64,000 bases of DNA, taken from contig OX638351.1 of assembly GCA_951813565.1 (NCBI GenBank), positions 1,280,001-1,344,000 of the forward strand, given 5' to 3'. The DNA is from an uncultured Poribacteria bacterium (lineage in GTDB: Bacteria > Poribacteria > WGA-4E > WGA-3G). The position numbers and the translations under genes are program-made. A model generated the notes under the pieces. That model was not told the origin of the DNA. It saw nothing but the letters and a program-made list of their open reading frames with translations, and searched no databases. Below, in pieces: positions 10,249 through 20,120 of this stretch. Within the stretch, counting starts at the first letter, position 1. Each line of letters starts with the position of its first letter.

Positions 10249-10923
10249 CTATTCTATTGTGATGTCTGATGTCTGATGTCGGATGACCTCCCCTTTGACG
10301 AGGTAATATACCTCCTCGCCAATATTTGCTGCAAGGTCTCCAACCCGCTCCAGATGTCGGAAAAGAAGCAAAACGCTGATACCAGACTGGATGAGTTGCG
10401 GTTGGTCGGCTAAAATAGAACAAAGTTCGTGCACCATCTGTTCATAGGCAGTATTAACTTTTTTATCGCGTTCGCGTAGTTCTCTTGCGAGTTCAGCGTT
10501 CCTATGGACAAGTGCATCAAGGGCGTCTTTGACCATCTGTTGAATGAGACGGGTTACCGAAGGAAGATCAACAAAGGTTTGCATTGGGGGATGCTCTAAA
10601 AGTTCCATGCCACGTCTGGCAATAGAAACACATTTGTCAGCTAACCTTTCGATATTTCTGTTTACCTTCAGTGCCATAGTTAAGTAGCGTAATTCAAAAG
10701 CTACAGGTTGATGGCGGGCAATTAGTTGTATACATCTCGCTTCAATTTCATTTTCAAGTTTGTCAACTGTATCGTCAATTGTGATAACGCGTTGTGCCAA
10801 ATCCTCATCACGGTTTAGGACTGATTGAACAGCATCGCGCAACATGTTTTCTGCAATCCCGCCCATTTTAAGGAGTTGGTGCTGAAGTGCTTTAAGTTCT
10901 GATTCAAGATAATGTTGCATCAC
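10249..10923 (-). CDS. phoU: Phosphate signalling protein PhoU
   Basis: DDTVDKLE..IARHQPVAFELR..IERLAD..LERVGDLAANIGEEVYY. Confidence 0.92.
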   Translation of the reverse strand: MMQHYLESELKALQHQLLKMGGIAENMLRDAVQSVLNRDEDLAQRVITIDDTVDKLENEIEARCIQLIARHQPVAFELRYLTMALKVNRNIERLADKCVSIARRGMELLEHPPMQTFVDLPSVTRLIQQMVKDALDALVHRNAELARELRERDKKVNTAYEQMVHELCSILADQPQLIQSGISVLLLFRHLERVGDLAANIGEEVYYLVKGEVIRHQTSDITIE

Positions 10924-10944
10924 TGTCTCCTTACATGTTTTGGA

Positions 10945-11715
10945 TTAACCTACTCTACCAGCCACATAGTTTTCTGTTCGCTTGTCTTTCGGGTTTGTAA
11001 AAATCTGTTCAGTTTGTCCAAATTCAATTAATTCGCCATTATATAGGAATCCTGCTATATCTGACACACGTGCGGCTTGCCGTCTTTTGTTGGTAACAAA
11101 GATAAGAGTATAACGGCTTTTGAGACCCTGAACAATCGCTTCCAGTTTAGGTGTTTCAGCTGCATCCAGCTGTTCACACGGTTCGTCAAATATCAGAATT
11201 TCTGGAGCACCTGCTAATGCGCGTGCGATGCAGAGACGTTGTTGTTGACCGTTTGATAGGATCTCTGGAGAAGCATGAAGGTCTTTATATACTTCATTCC
11301 AAAGTTGTGCCTTTCTAAGATTCTCTTCAACGATAGTATCAAGCTGATCGGACTGTTTTATCTCGCGGAGTCGGGCACTATATGCAACATTTTCGTAGAT
11401 GGATTTGCGGAACGGAATAGGTTTTTGGAAAACCATACCTATTTGCCGTGAAATTTTAGTTGTTTTTGTCTTCGGTGTATAAAGGTCATTACCTTTATAC
11501 AGTATCTTTCCAGTATGTCTGAAGTTTACAGAGAGATCATTTAATCGGTTTAAGCAACGCACCAGCGTGGTTTTACCGCTATTTGACGGACCAATAAAAG
11601 CTGTTACCTGCCTGGGTAACACATCAAAAGCGAGGTTTTTGAGTATCTGACTTTTGCCGTACCAAACATTTAAATCGCGTATTTGCAAGATAGGAACCGT
11701 TTTTTGTAATTGCAT
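10945..11715 (-). CDS. pstB: Phosphate ABC transporter ATPase (third, degenerate PstB)
   Basis: GPSNSGKTT, GMVFQKP, LSNGQQQRLCIARAL, IFTNPKDKRTENYV; H-loop His replaced (VTNK). Confidence 0.85.
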   Translation of the reverse strand: MQLQKTVPILQIRDLNVWYGKSQILKNLAFDVLPRQVTAFIGPSNSGKTTLVRCLNRLNDLSVNFRHTGKILYKGNDLYTPKTKTTKISRQIGMVFQKPIPFRKSIYENVAYSARLREIKQSDQLDTIVEENLRKAQLWNEVYKDLHASPEILSNGQQQRLCIARALAGAPEILIFDEPCEQLDAAETPKLEAIVQGLKSRYTLIFVTNKRRQAARVSDIAGFLYNGELIEFGQTEQIFTNPKDKRTENYVAGRVG

Positions 11716-11779
11716 GCTTTTTAATTCTTATTTTGAAATTCTTTCTATAGCGAATTTTACAATTACTTGGACATTTGCT

Positions 11780-11804
11780 GGCGAGGTTGGAAAACCTCGC
11801 CTAC
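11780..11804 (-). repeat. GTAG-type REP hairpin
   Basis: Minus strand GTAGGCGAGGTTTTCCAACCTCGCC. Confidence 0.6.
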
Positions 11805-11901
11805 CGGGGTGAAAATGTTTATTTATCGTAAACAGATATTTGCTTGAACATTGCCAACGGCGCGCCTACATGTGAGTGTTAACATATTTGTATATTTCAG
11901 T

Positions 11902-12663
11902 TTAAATTTGTTTCTTTTTCAGCAAACTTGCGAGAACGCTGGATAACAGTGCCGACGATAGAAGTACAATCGCACTACTTGGAATATTGAAAGTCTCTCC
12001 TGAACGTAGGGTATGTCTTGTCCATATATAAACTACAATGATTAGCGCAGCAATTGCGAGTGCCCGCGAAATCGCAGCACAGATTCCAACGACGATTGCT
12101 GGAAAAGCGTCTGGAAAAACATGGTCAACTATCACTCGCCATCTTTTTGCACCTAATGCATAAGCTGCTTCGCGAACAGATATATCAACGTCTCTAATAG
12201 CCTTTTGCGTTGACTGAACGGTAATTGGCACTACAAGTAAAGCAAAAGTTATTGCATGTGCAAAAACCGATCCTTTTTCTGTCTTAAAAACGAAAAAGTA
12301 AATACCTAATAGCCCATATATTAGGGACGGAATGCCTGCCAAAATTGCTATTTGCTGCGCTATAATTCGGTATTTCCAACTTGTTTCTGCCATCCACTCT
12401 TCTAAATAAAATGCAATTACAACGCTGAATAATATGGATCCGAACAGAACAGGGAGCATACGATAAAGTTTATCATGCAAATCCGAATGTGGCTCTGTAG
12501 TAATTTCATTGGATATCAGTTCGTTCCACACAAACGGTGTTTTTTCACTAAAAATCCAAAAAAGTATGAATGCAACAGCCAGTGTGATTAAGGCGATGCC
12601 CTGAAAAATCAGTCCCGACAAATGCCACACGCGCATTTGGCGTTGATTCGGCCTTTTCATCAT
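11902..12663 (-). CDS. pstA: Phosphate ABC permease, PstA-like (short)
   Basis: AFYLEEW, LAGIPSLIYGLLG, EAA motif VREAAYALGAKRW. Confidence 0.75.
   Translation of the reverse strand: MMKRPNQRQMRVWHLSGLIFQGIALITLAVAFILFWIFSEKTPFVWNELISNEITTEPHSDLHDKLYRMLPVLFGSILFSVVIAFYLEEWMAETSWKYRIIAQQIAILAGIPSLIYGLLGIYFFVFKTEKGSVFAHAITFALLVVPITVQSTQKAIRDVDISVREAAYALGAKRWRVIVDHVFPDAFPAIVVGICAAISRALAIAALIIVVYIWTRHTLRSGETFNIPSSAIVLLSSALLSSVLASLLKKKQI
12618..12650 (-). repeat. 33-nt micro-element, copy B, in frame inside the pstA-like 5' end
   Basis: CGAATCAACGCCAAATGCGCGTGTGGCATTTGT followed by CGGG. Confidence 0.8.
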
Positions 12664-12759
12664 ATTAACATTCCACTAAAAGAAATGCGTTTCACCGGAC
12701 AGGCGTATGTTAAAAACCTTTTGACGTTACAAACTTTGAAAATACATGTGCATTTTAAC

Positions 12760-13533
12760 CTATCCGTACCGCATCTGCACATAATCCGCTGTTTTTGGGT
12801 GTTCAGGAGTTTCAAACAGTGCTTGTGTTTCCCTGTGTTCAATAAGTTCTCCGAGGAACATGTAAATACACTCAGTGCTGACCCTGCGTGCCTGCGCCAT
12901 ATTATGTGTTACGATTAAAAACGTATAAGTGCCAGAGAGAACTGACATTAGTTCCTCTACAGCGAGTGTTCCTTTTGCATCAAGGGCAGAGCACGGTTCA
13001 TCCATCAAGATGATCTGCGGTTTGAGTGGCAACAGTCGCGCAATACAGAGTTTCTGTTGCTGCTCAAGTTGCAATGATGTCGCTCGTGTCTTCAGTTTAT
13101 CTTTCAAATCGTCCCATAGAAATACAGATGTGAGTGCTTCTTCAACAATTTCATCGGATTGTGAGCGCGTCAAACTTCCAAATGGAGAATGAATGCGCAA
13201 ACCGAATAGAATATTATCGTAAACTGAAATAGGCAATGGGTTCGGACGTTGGAATACCATGCCCACTGTTTTTCGCAATTCTAATAGAGAGACATCGGGA
13301 TCATAGATATTTTTCCCTAATATTTTTATCTCACCTTTTGTCGTAACGTTACCGTATCGTTCATTTACTCGGTTAAAGCAGCGGAGTAGTGTTGTCTTTC
13401 CACATCCAGAAGGACCGATAAGTGATGTAATTTTACCTGCTGGAATTTTCACACTTACATCAATGAGTGCTTGAAAATCGCCGTACCAAAGACTAAGATT
13501 TTCGGTTTCAATGCTGTGGTTATTCGTTTCCAA
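12760..13533 (-). CDS. pstB: Phosphate ABC transporter ATPase PstB (degenerate signature)
   Basis: GPSGCGKTT, MDEPCSALD, VTHNMAQA intact; signature reads LQLEQQQK. Confidence 0.9.
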   Translation of the reverse strand: METNNHSIETENLSLWYGDFQALIDVSVKIPAGKITSLIGPSGCGKTTLLRCFNRVNERYGNVTTKGEIKILGKNIYDPDVSLLELRKTVGMVFQRPNPLPISVYDNILFGLRIHSPFGSLTRSQSDEIVEEALTSVFLWDDLKDKLKTRATSLQLEQQQKLCIARLLPLKPQIILMDEPCSALDAKGTLAVEELMSVLSGTYTFLIVTHNMAQARRVSTECIYMFLGELIEHRETQALFETPEHPKTADYVQMRYG

Positions 13534-13554
13534 GTGAGATACTCCTCTCTGCTG

Positions 13555-14310
13555 CTATCCGAAGTTCCCATTTACATAATCATAAGTGGATTGACTTGCA
13601 GGATTGTCAGAAAAAATTACATTAGTGTCATCGATTTCTATTAAATCTCCGTTCAGCATAAAGGCTGTGCGGTTCGCCAACCGTTTTGCTTGCTGAACCA
13701 AATTTGTGACGAGTAAAATTGTCATCTCATCTTTTAGTGTTTTGAGAACATCTTCAATACGCATCGTAGTTATTGGATCAACTGCGATAGAGAATTCATC
13801 AAGACACAATATTTCTGGCTGATGTGATAACGCCCTCGCGATTGTCAATCGCTGTTGCTGTCCGCCTGAAAGTTTCGTGCCAAGACTATCCAATCGGTCT
13901 TTCACTTCATCCCATAGCGCTGCTTGTTGAAGACACCGCTCAACAATTTCATCTAAATCTGCTTTATTGCGAAGTCCGGCGGTCCTTGGGGCAAAGGCAA
14001 CGTTGTCATAAATAGACAATGGTAATCCGACTGGCAACGGCAGGACCATCCCAATACGTCTGCGTAAGTCTTGCACATCACCAATTGAATAGATGTCAAC
14101 CCCGTCAAGTTTCACTGAACCTTCCACGTTTGTATCTTGGGCAAATTCCAACGTTCGATTGATGACTTTTAACAAAGTCGTTTTACCCGACTGTGCAGGA
14201 CCGATGATGCCGAGTATTTCGTTTTCGTGGACATCAAAGGAAATGCCGTTTAGTGCAGGTTTGTCTCCATAATAAACCTTCAGGTCGGAAATCTCAATTT
14301 TGTTTTGCAC
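13555..14310 (-). CDS. pstB: Phosphate ABC transporter ATPase PstB (degenerate H-loop)
   Basis: GPAQSGKTT, LSGGQQQR intact, LDEFSIAVD, VTNL instead of VTHN. Confidence 0.88.
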   Translation of the reverse strand: MQNKIEISDLKVYYGDKPALNGISFDVHENEILGIIGPAQSGKTTLLKVINRTLEFAQDTNVEGSVKLDGVDIYSIGDVQDLRRRIGMVLPLPVGLPLSIYDNVAFAPRTAGLRNKADLDEIVERCLQQAALWDEVKDRLDSLGTKLSGGQQQRLTIARALSHQPEILCLDEFSIAVDPITTMRIEDVLKTLKDEMTILLVTNLVQQAKRLANRTAFMLNGDLIEIDDTNVIFSDNPASQSTYDYVNGNFG

Positions 14311-14455
14311 GTTTGCCTCGCTTCTCTAACTTTTCGGGATTTTTACCTGTATTTTCTTAATAACTAAAGTTTGGACAATTTTTACGTATTTTATTTCCAA
14401 AAAGCAGAAAAGCAGGTATCCTTTCAGAAACAACACTTTTTGAAAGGAATGTAAA

Positions 14456-15060
14456 ATGGACCTCCTTCTCTGCTTAGAAAAAATACTATCAGATTTTCGT
14501 CCTTTATTCAACCAAGAAAACTTGCGCTTTTCCAAGCGTTTATTTTCGGTTTTATCGCAAATGGCGGTAGTGGCACACTCACAAGTCTTTATCAATCAAG
14601 TTGTTCACAAACAAGGTATTGGTCCTTTGCTAAGTTCCTATCGCGTGGCAAATGGGATGCGGATGGGGTCGTAGCACTTATGATAAAACAACTTCAAAAC
14701 ATATTTGCGATCTGGGTTTATGTTTATGATGAAACTAAAGGAATAAAAAGCGGTAAATCACAATGGGGATTACACTTTTTTCGGAACTTCAGTTTCCAAC
14801 GGCGTCGTATCAACCAATCCAAGTATCAGTTCGGCGCACTCGCTCTGTTATGTCAGACAGCAACAGGGTGGATGCTTTTCCCTGTATGGGTAAAACTGAT
14901 GTGCCTGCAGAAACGCCGAGACAAAAGTAATGCGGTATTGCAGCGTATCTGTTCAAAATCTAATGCTGTGTTTTACCATTTACCCAAAATACCTAAGCAT
15001 CGCAAACCTGGGAGACCCAAGAAATACGGTGACCGTCTTGATATTCGAAGATTACGATAC
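14456..15060 (+). pseudogene. Degraded DDE transposase (IS701/IS4-like)
   Basis: Frameshift near 14521 joins MDLLLCLEKILSDFRPLF to ALFQAFIFG..FLSRGKWD..YDETK; then RKPGRPKKYGDRL; apparent internal deletions; end approximate. Confidence 0.65.
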
Positions 15061-15150
15061 GACTTGTGCCAGTTACGTATCAGTTTTGTTGTTTTTCACA
15101 ACTGTTCATATTCTGGAATCAACGTCAAATACGCTTTTGGCATTTGGCGG

Positions 15151-15717
15151 GAGCGATTTCCGAATCGCGACCCGTTTGTCGTCGGGAATCGGAGTTCCTC
15201 CTACCTTAAGGCTGTCAGGTATCGGAAAAGTTTCGGAATCCAAACCCAAACGAGGCGAACATGTGAGATATAAACATACCAAATGTTAACTGGCACAACA
15301 TCGGACAGGAGAGACATCTTTTCCAAGCACCGTACCCCCGCATCCAGTGCAACTTGTTCTCTATTGACCAATGTCCACGCCGTCCAGCAAGTAAGCGTTC
15401 GGCAGATGCTGCTTCGGGATTTAGACTTGTTATACCATAATCTAATGGAGTGTCTACCGAAATTTTGCGGGTAAAGGTCGCGATTCGGAGATCGCTCCTA
15501 CAGAACACCCCTCTTTGTAGTCGGGAACTCCGATTCCCGACTACTGACACGAATCGCAATTTTAGTGTAGACAGAACACTAAGTTGCTACGGACAAGATT
15601 TTAGACATGTCAACACCGTTTTTATAGTAAATTATGTAAATAAGTTCACATATATTCTGTAGGAGCGATCTCCGAATCGCGACGAAACCACTAATAGTCG
15701 GGAATCGGAGTTCCCTC
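15151..15717. repeat. Cluster of six GTAG-family REP units in three inverted pairs
   Basis: Variants of GTAGGAGCGATCTCCGAATCGCGAC / GTCGGGAATCGGAGTTCC-CCTAC at 15151, 15181, 15477, 15517, 15659, 15697. Confidence 0.85.
15290..15450 (-). pseudogene. ISAs1-family transposase C-terminal fragment
   Basis: YGITSL..AERLL..RGHWSIENKLHWMR hallmark, frameshifted afterwards; bounds approximate. Confidence 0.8.
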
Positions 15718-15884
15718 GGACAGCTCAGATGTCCAGTTAATTGTAGAATCCGCTATAATACAAAATAGTTCATTTTTTTCGAAATTTCGTAGCGCAAACT
15801 GTATGAAGATTGTGCTACATAGGTGGCAACTTAGGTTATTTTATCAAAAAATAGGTTTTAAGTCAATGATTGATTGCAGTGGAT

Positions 15885-16070
15885 CAGAGGCATTCAATTG
15901 TAGCGTTTTCTAATCCAAAAGTAAAAAATAGCGTTGCCAAAGGTTAAAAGAGGCGACGAATGCCATACACGCATTTGGCAATAAATTGCGTGACTATAAA
16001 CGCTTTTGTTGTTAAATCGAACGGACAAAGCCCTCGGACAAGAGTGCTTCGCGAAAATTGAATGCCTCTG
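15885..16070. mobile_element. MITE-like element with 15-bp perfect inverted ends
   Basis: CAGAGGCATTCAATT ... AATTGAATGCCTCTG; encloses an interrupted REP; no target duplication seen. Confidence 0.6.
15956..15978 (-). repeat. 23-nt micro-element core, copy C, splitting a REP
   Basis: Removing it restores AAGAGGCGCAATAAATTGCGTGACTA, matching the intact REPs at 17676 and 21067. Confidence 0.85.
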
Positions 16071-16164
16071 CCATATCATTTCTATGTTGACGTTTTAACT
16101 GGTATCTGATAAATTTGAGATGAGTGAATGCTATTCAAGTTTATTGAAATAAGAGATATAGCAG

Positions 16165-16875
16165 GTGAATACTGAAGTGAGTACATGTCTGATTGTTTTC
16201 GCTAAAAATCCGATCCCGAATCAGGTCAAAACTCGACTGCTTCCAAAAATATCTTCCGAACAAGCGGCATCGTTATATCGTGCTTTTCTCATGGATTGGT
16301 GTGAGACACTTGCGGAACTCTCAAACGTAGATTTGGTGGTAGCGTATACACCCCCTGGAAGTCAAAGCGATTTACAAGCCTTAATTGGAGAGGATGTTAT
16401 CTACATTCCGCAAACAGGCACAGACCTCGGAACACGTCTCACTTCAGGAACGTTATGGGCATCCGAAAACGGATATGAAAAGATTTTAATCGTTGGTTCC
16501 GACAGTCCAACACTGCCACTTTCATATATTCTTGAAGCGGTTGCCGGTCTCGACTCGCGCGATATTGTCGTCGGTCCAAGTGTGGATGGTGGTTATTACC
16601 TTATCGGTTTTTCCGCGAGATGTCTTGCAAGAACGGTTCCGTTTATTTTTGAGGAAATTGCATGGAGCACTACACATGTTTTTCAACAGACAATAGAACG
16701 TATTGATACCATAAAAGCTACACTCAAACTACTACCGCCTTGGTATGACGTAGATACGCCTGAAGATTTAGCATTTTTACATGCACATCTCTCTGCAATA
16801 CGACTTGCAGGAAATAAGGTGCAAGCAATTAGAACAGAAAGTTTGTTGTTAGAATTGTTAAAGGAGAATCTGTAA
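16165..16875 (+). CDS. DUF2064 / TIGR04282-type nucleotidyl- or glycosyltransferase-fold protein
   Basis: VFAKNP.PNQVKTRL, Q.G.DLGTRL, GSDSPTL, GPSVDGGYYLIG, WYDVDTPEDL. Confidence 0.85.
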   Translation: MNTEVSTCLIVFAKNPIPNQVKTRLLPKISSEQAASLYRAFLMDWCETLAELSNVDLVVAYTPPGSQSDLQALIGEDVIYIPQTGTDLGTRLTSGTLWASENGYEKILIVGSDSPTLPLSYILEAVAGLDSRDIVVGPSVDGGYYLIGFSARCLARTVPFIFEEIAWSTTHVFQQTIERIDTIKATLKLLPPWYDVDTPEDLAFLHAHLSAIRLAGNKVQAIRTESLLLELLKENL

Positions 16876-17606
16876 TGGGACAATTAGATGGAAAAGTTGC
16901 AATTGTAACTGGTGGCAACAGAGGAATTGGGAAAGGAATCGCGAAGGGATTTGCTTCGGAAGGGGCGAGTCTGACTATCGCTGCAAGGGATGAAGAACTA
17001 CTTACGCAAACAGCCAATGAATTACGCGAAAAGGGAGCTAAAGTCCTCGCCGTTCCTACTGATGTCACCGATGAGGAACAAATTAAGGCACTCTTTGAAA
17101 AAGCGATGACTGAATATGAACGTTTAGACATCCTTGTTAACAATGCTGGTGCATTTGATGGTGGTCCGATAGACGAACTTTCAACGGAAGCATGGGATAA
17201 GGTGATAGGTGTGAATCTCCGTGCACCGTTTCTCTGTTCGCGTGAAGCGATGCGAATTATGAAGGCACAAGGTGAAGGCGGACGTATTATCAACGTTGGT
17301 AGCATTTCTGCACATCGTGTCCGTCCCCGCAGCGCACCTTACAGTGCAAGCAAATTCGGGATATGGGGATTGACACAGGTAATAGCATTGGAAGGTAGAC
17401 CGCACGGTATTACGGCGAGCTGCTTGCAACCCGGCAACACTTATGTTGAACGGATTCAGAACCACCCATTCCCTCCGTCTGAGCCGATGATGGAGGTTGA
17501 CGAGCTTGCTAAAGCTGCTGTCCTCATGGCAACACTGCCACCTAATATCAATATGTTAGAGGCGACAGTTCTACCCGTAGGACAACTCTATATTGGGCGT
17601 GGCTAA
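16875..17606 (+). CDS. Short-chain dehydrogenase/reductase
   Basis: TGGNRGIG, NNAG, YSASK. Confidence 0.92.
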   Translation: MGQLDGKVAIVTGGNRGIGKGIAKGFASEGASLTIAARDEELLTQTANELREKGAKVLAVPTDVTDEEQIKALFEKAMTEYERLDILVNNAGAFDGGPIDELSTEAWDKVIGVNLRAPFLCSREAMRIMKAQGEGGRIINVGSISAHRVRPRSAPYSASKFGIWGLTQVIALEGRPHGITASCLQPGNTYVERIQNHPFPPSEPMMEVDELAKAAVLMATLPPNINMLEATVLPVGQLYIGRG

Positions 17607-17634
17607 CGTTTAGCAACTAAAACGGCTTTGCTAA

Positions 17635-17747
17635 TACCAATTCTATAAATGAATTTCCCTTTTGAATTAGAATATAAGAGGCGCAATGAATTGCGCGACT
17701 ACGAACGGTCTATTTCTTAAAGGGTATGTTATTTTATAGAAATGGTA
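17635..17747. mobile_element. MITE-like element enclosing a GTAG REP (17676-17702)
   Basis: Inverted ends TACCA(A/T)TTCTATAAA flanked by TAA direct repeats; internal minus-strand GTAGTCGCGCAATTCATTGCGCC. Confidence 0.6.
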
Positions 17748-17781
17748 TAATGCTCCGTTTAGACGCACATTGGAGAAAATC

Positions 17782-19005
17782 ATGAAGGTAAATCGAACCC
17801 AATTCATGGAAGAGGGGTATCTCGTTCTCCGAGAGGTGATTCCTCCTAACGAACTGGATGCGCTTCGGGAAAGTTACGAGTTGATGGTTTCACGACAGCG
17901 CGACATCTGGACGAAAGAACGGCAGCCAAACGATCCACCCGGAGGTGTGTGGGAAACTTCGGCACAACCACGTTTAAATCTCGGACGTGAACCGCTTGCT
18001 GGACTTGTAGACGAAAAAACAGCAAGTACAATCGAAATTTGGGCACACGAAAACATGCAAGACGTCAGTAGCAAACTGCTTAATGTGAATGACGCTGGTG
18101 TTACTGAAATGATGCTGATGTGTAATCCTGTAAATGATCGGGGAGCTGCTGCTTGGCACCGCGACCATCACCCGATTGATACAGCACCGCTACAAGGCTA
18201 TCTTGATGACATTCTGGAAACGGGTCCGCGCTACGTGCAGTGGAATCTTTCGCTTTACGACGATAGTGTGTTATGGGTTATACCGGGTAGCCACTTGCGA
18301 GTGAACACAGATGAGGAAAACCAACAATTGTTAGCGGATCCACGAGTGCCTTTGCGCAATGGAGTGCAAACACATCTTAATGCAGGTGACGGTGTAGCCT
18401 ATATTTTGCCAATCTTACACTGGGGGAGTAACTACAGCCAGAAGATGCGTCGCACGATACATGGTGGGTTCTCAAACTTCACACACTACCCGACCCTTGA
18501 TTACATGAAGTATTTATCACCACAGGTGCAGGAGATGTTTGATCGGTGGGAAAAGCGCAGTCAGCAGATGCAAATGTGGACTGAAAAGGCACTGCGCGCT
18601 GTTATTAAAAAAGATGCTACTGCCTATCACACAGCACTTGAAAAGTTACATCCGGATAGAGGTGAGAAAGGAAATTTGCTATCTACAGTCTTTTTATGTA
18701 AAGCTGCCTGTTTTGTTGCGCTGGCACACGGGTGTGAACTTGAAGATATTCCTGAAGACCTCCGCAACCGTGGAAAAGGATTTCATTCCATCACGCTAAA
18801 TTGGGGACCGCCTTTTGCTGAAGAACGTTTCACACCGGAAGAGGCGGTTGTTCTGTGGAAACGTTTCAAACCGCTGGACGCACTCCTTAAAACGGACGAA
18901 GAACATTTTTTGCCGGGTTTTCAATCGGGACCGATGCGGTACTATTTTAATGAGATGCCCTCGAATTTCGGCGTTGCAGATTTTATTGCGAGCTGGCAAG
19001 AGTAA
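17782..19005 (+). CDS. Phytanoyl-CoA dioxygenase (PhyH) family Fe(II)/2OG oxygenase
   Basis: FMEEGYLVL, WHRD, VIPGSH, AGD..LHWG..N..RR; GGAG before ATG 17782. Confidence 0.8.
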   Translation: MKVNRTQFMEEGYLVLREVIPPNELDALRESYELMVSRQRDIWTKERQPNDPPGGVWETSAQPRLNLGREPLAGLVDEKTASTIEIWAHENMQDVSSKLLNVNDAGVTEMMLMCNPVNDRGAAAWHRDHHPIDTAPLQGYLDDILETGPRYVQWNLSLYDDSVLWVIPGSHLRVNTDEENQQLLADPRVPLRNGVQTHLNAGDGVAYILPILHWGSNYSQKMRRTIHGGFSNFTHYPTLDYMKYLSPQVQEMFDRWEKRSQQMQMWTEKALRAVIKKDATAYHTALEKLHPDRGEKGNLLSTVFLCKAACFVALAHGCELEDIPEDLRNRGKGFHSITLNWGPPFAEERFTPEEAVVLWKRFKPLDALLKTDEEHFLPGFQSGPMRYYFNEMPSNFGVADFIASWQE

Positions 19006-19022
19006 AAGTTACTCCTGCTTTG

Positions 19023-19817
19023 CTACAGTCGCAAACCTAACATTCCACTGAGATAGAAATATGCCTCTTCAGTATAGCGCGGTAGGTTTTCTGGGTCTTC
19101 AACCTCAAGTTCTAATGTTAGGTTTCCTTGGTAACCTGCTTCTTGGAGTGTCATGATAATCTGCTGTAGGTTGAGTTCACCACGCCCAATGCCGACAGAT
19201 ACAGCACCGATGTGGTCTTTGAGATGCACCGCATAGATACGCGAACCAAACTGACGAATAGCAGCAAACGTGTTGACTCCGGATGTATGGAAGTGTCCCG
19301 TATCAATACAGATTCCTACCCGTTCATCAGGAATAGCATCTAACACTTTTTGGAAATCTTCCGGTTGTTCAAGGACATTCCCGTGGTGTGGTTCAAGTGT
19401 CAATTTGATTTTGCTTTCTGCGGGGATTCTCGCCAACACCTCGCGCGCACAAGCAATAACTCTGTCTAATGCGCCAGATTCAGTTCTACGTTGTGCGCCG
19501 CTGGTTGTTAGATGTGTTGCATTGAGTTGTTCGGCAATGTCCACACATTTCGCTATTGCCTCTGCCCGCGCGTGGACATCGGCATTGCCGTTTCCACCCC
19601 AACCGGGAGGATAGAGTCCAACACACTTCATGCCTGACTTTTCAATATCTCTTTTCATGCCTTTTACGTCAAAAGCGTGGACAGCATCAACGCTCCATAT
19701 AAGCGGTCCGTGAATCTCCATAGCGCGGTAGCCGATTTTCGGTGCGTATTCCAAAGTTGCTGCCACCTCATCTTCAGCATAACCTCGGTAGCAGATAGAG
19801 GCACAAATAATATCCAT
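19023..19817 (-). CDS. Sugar phosphate isomerase/epimerase (TIM barrel)
   Basis: LEPH, DTGH, VHLKD, G.G, LELE metal-binding motifs. Confidence 0.85.
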   Translation of the reverse strand: MDIICASICYRGYAEDEVAATLEYAPKIGYRAMEIHGPLIWSVDAVHAFDVKGMKRDIEKSGMKCVGLYPPGWGGNGNADVHARAEAIAKCVDIAEQLNATHLTTSGAQRRTESGALDRVIACAREVLARIPAESKIKLTLEPHHGNVLEQPEDFQKVLDAIPDERVGICIDTGHFHTSGVNTFAAIRQFGSRIYAVHLKDHIGAVSVGIGRGELNLQQIIMTLQEAGYQGNLTLELEVEDPENLPRYTEEAYFYLSGMLGLRL

Positions 19818-19863
19818 AAAGTTCCTTATTTTGAGTTAGCCAAAGAACCGTACCAATTCCCAA

Positions 19864-20120
19864 CTATGATGATATTAACCGCATATATTCGTCGTGCCTT
19901 CCTATCCGAAACCAGAAGAAAGTCCCTTCTTTTCAAAAGCGAGCGTTCGATAGTTAATTCCTACTCTCACTGACCAGTACGTGTTAACCTTCTTAAAACC
20001 CAGAGATGGATGTCTTGGATTTTGCTTTAATAGTTCAAAACTCTTATCTGCAAGTTGCTGAACATAACGCGGAAGGTCTTGGTAATGTTTCCGAAAACGC
20101 GGAATTTTTACATGTTTTAT
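19864..20120 (-). pseudogene. RelE/ParE-like toxin pseudogene
   Basis: FRKHYQDLP..LLKQNPRHPSLGFKKV..WSVRVGINYRTL; likely start reads ATA; 1-nt frameshift before the expected WF.IG.HDEY tail. Confidence 0.75.

Noticed and set aside
15151..15717. Repeats as a possible CRISPR array
   Set aside because: Units alternate in orientation, spacing is irregular, they have GTAG-hairpin REP structure, and no cas genes are present
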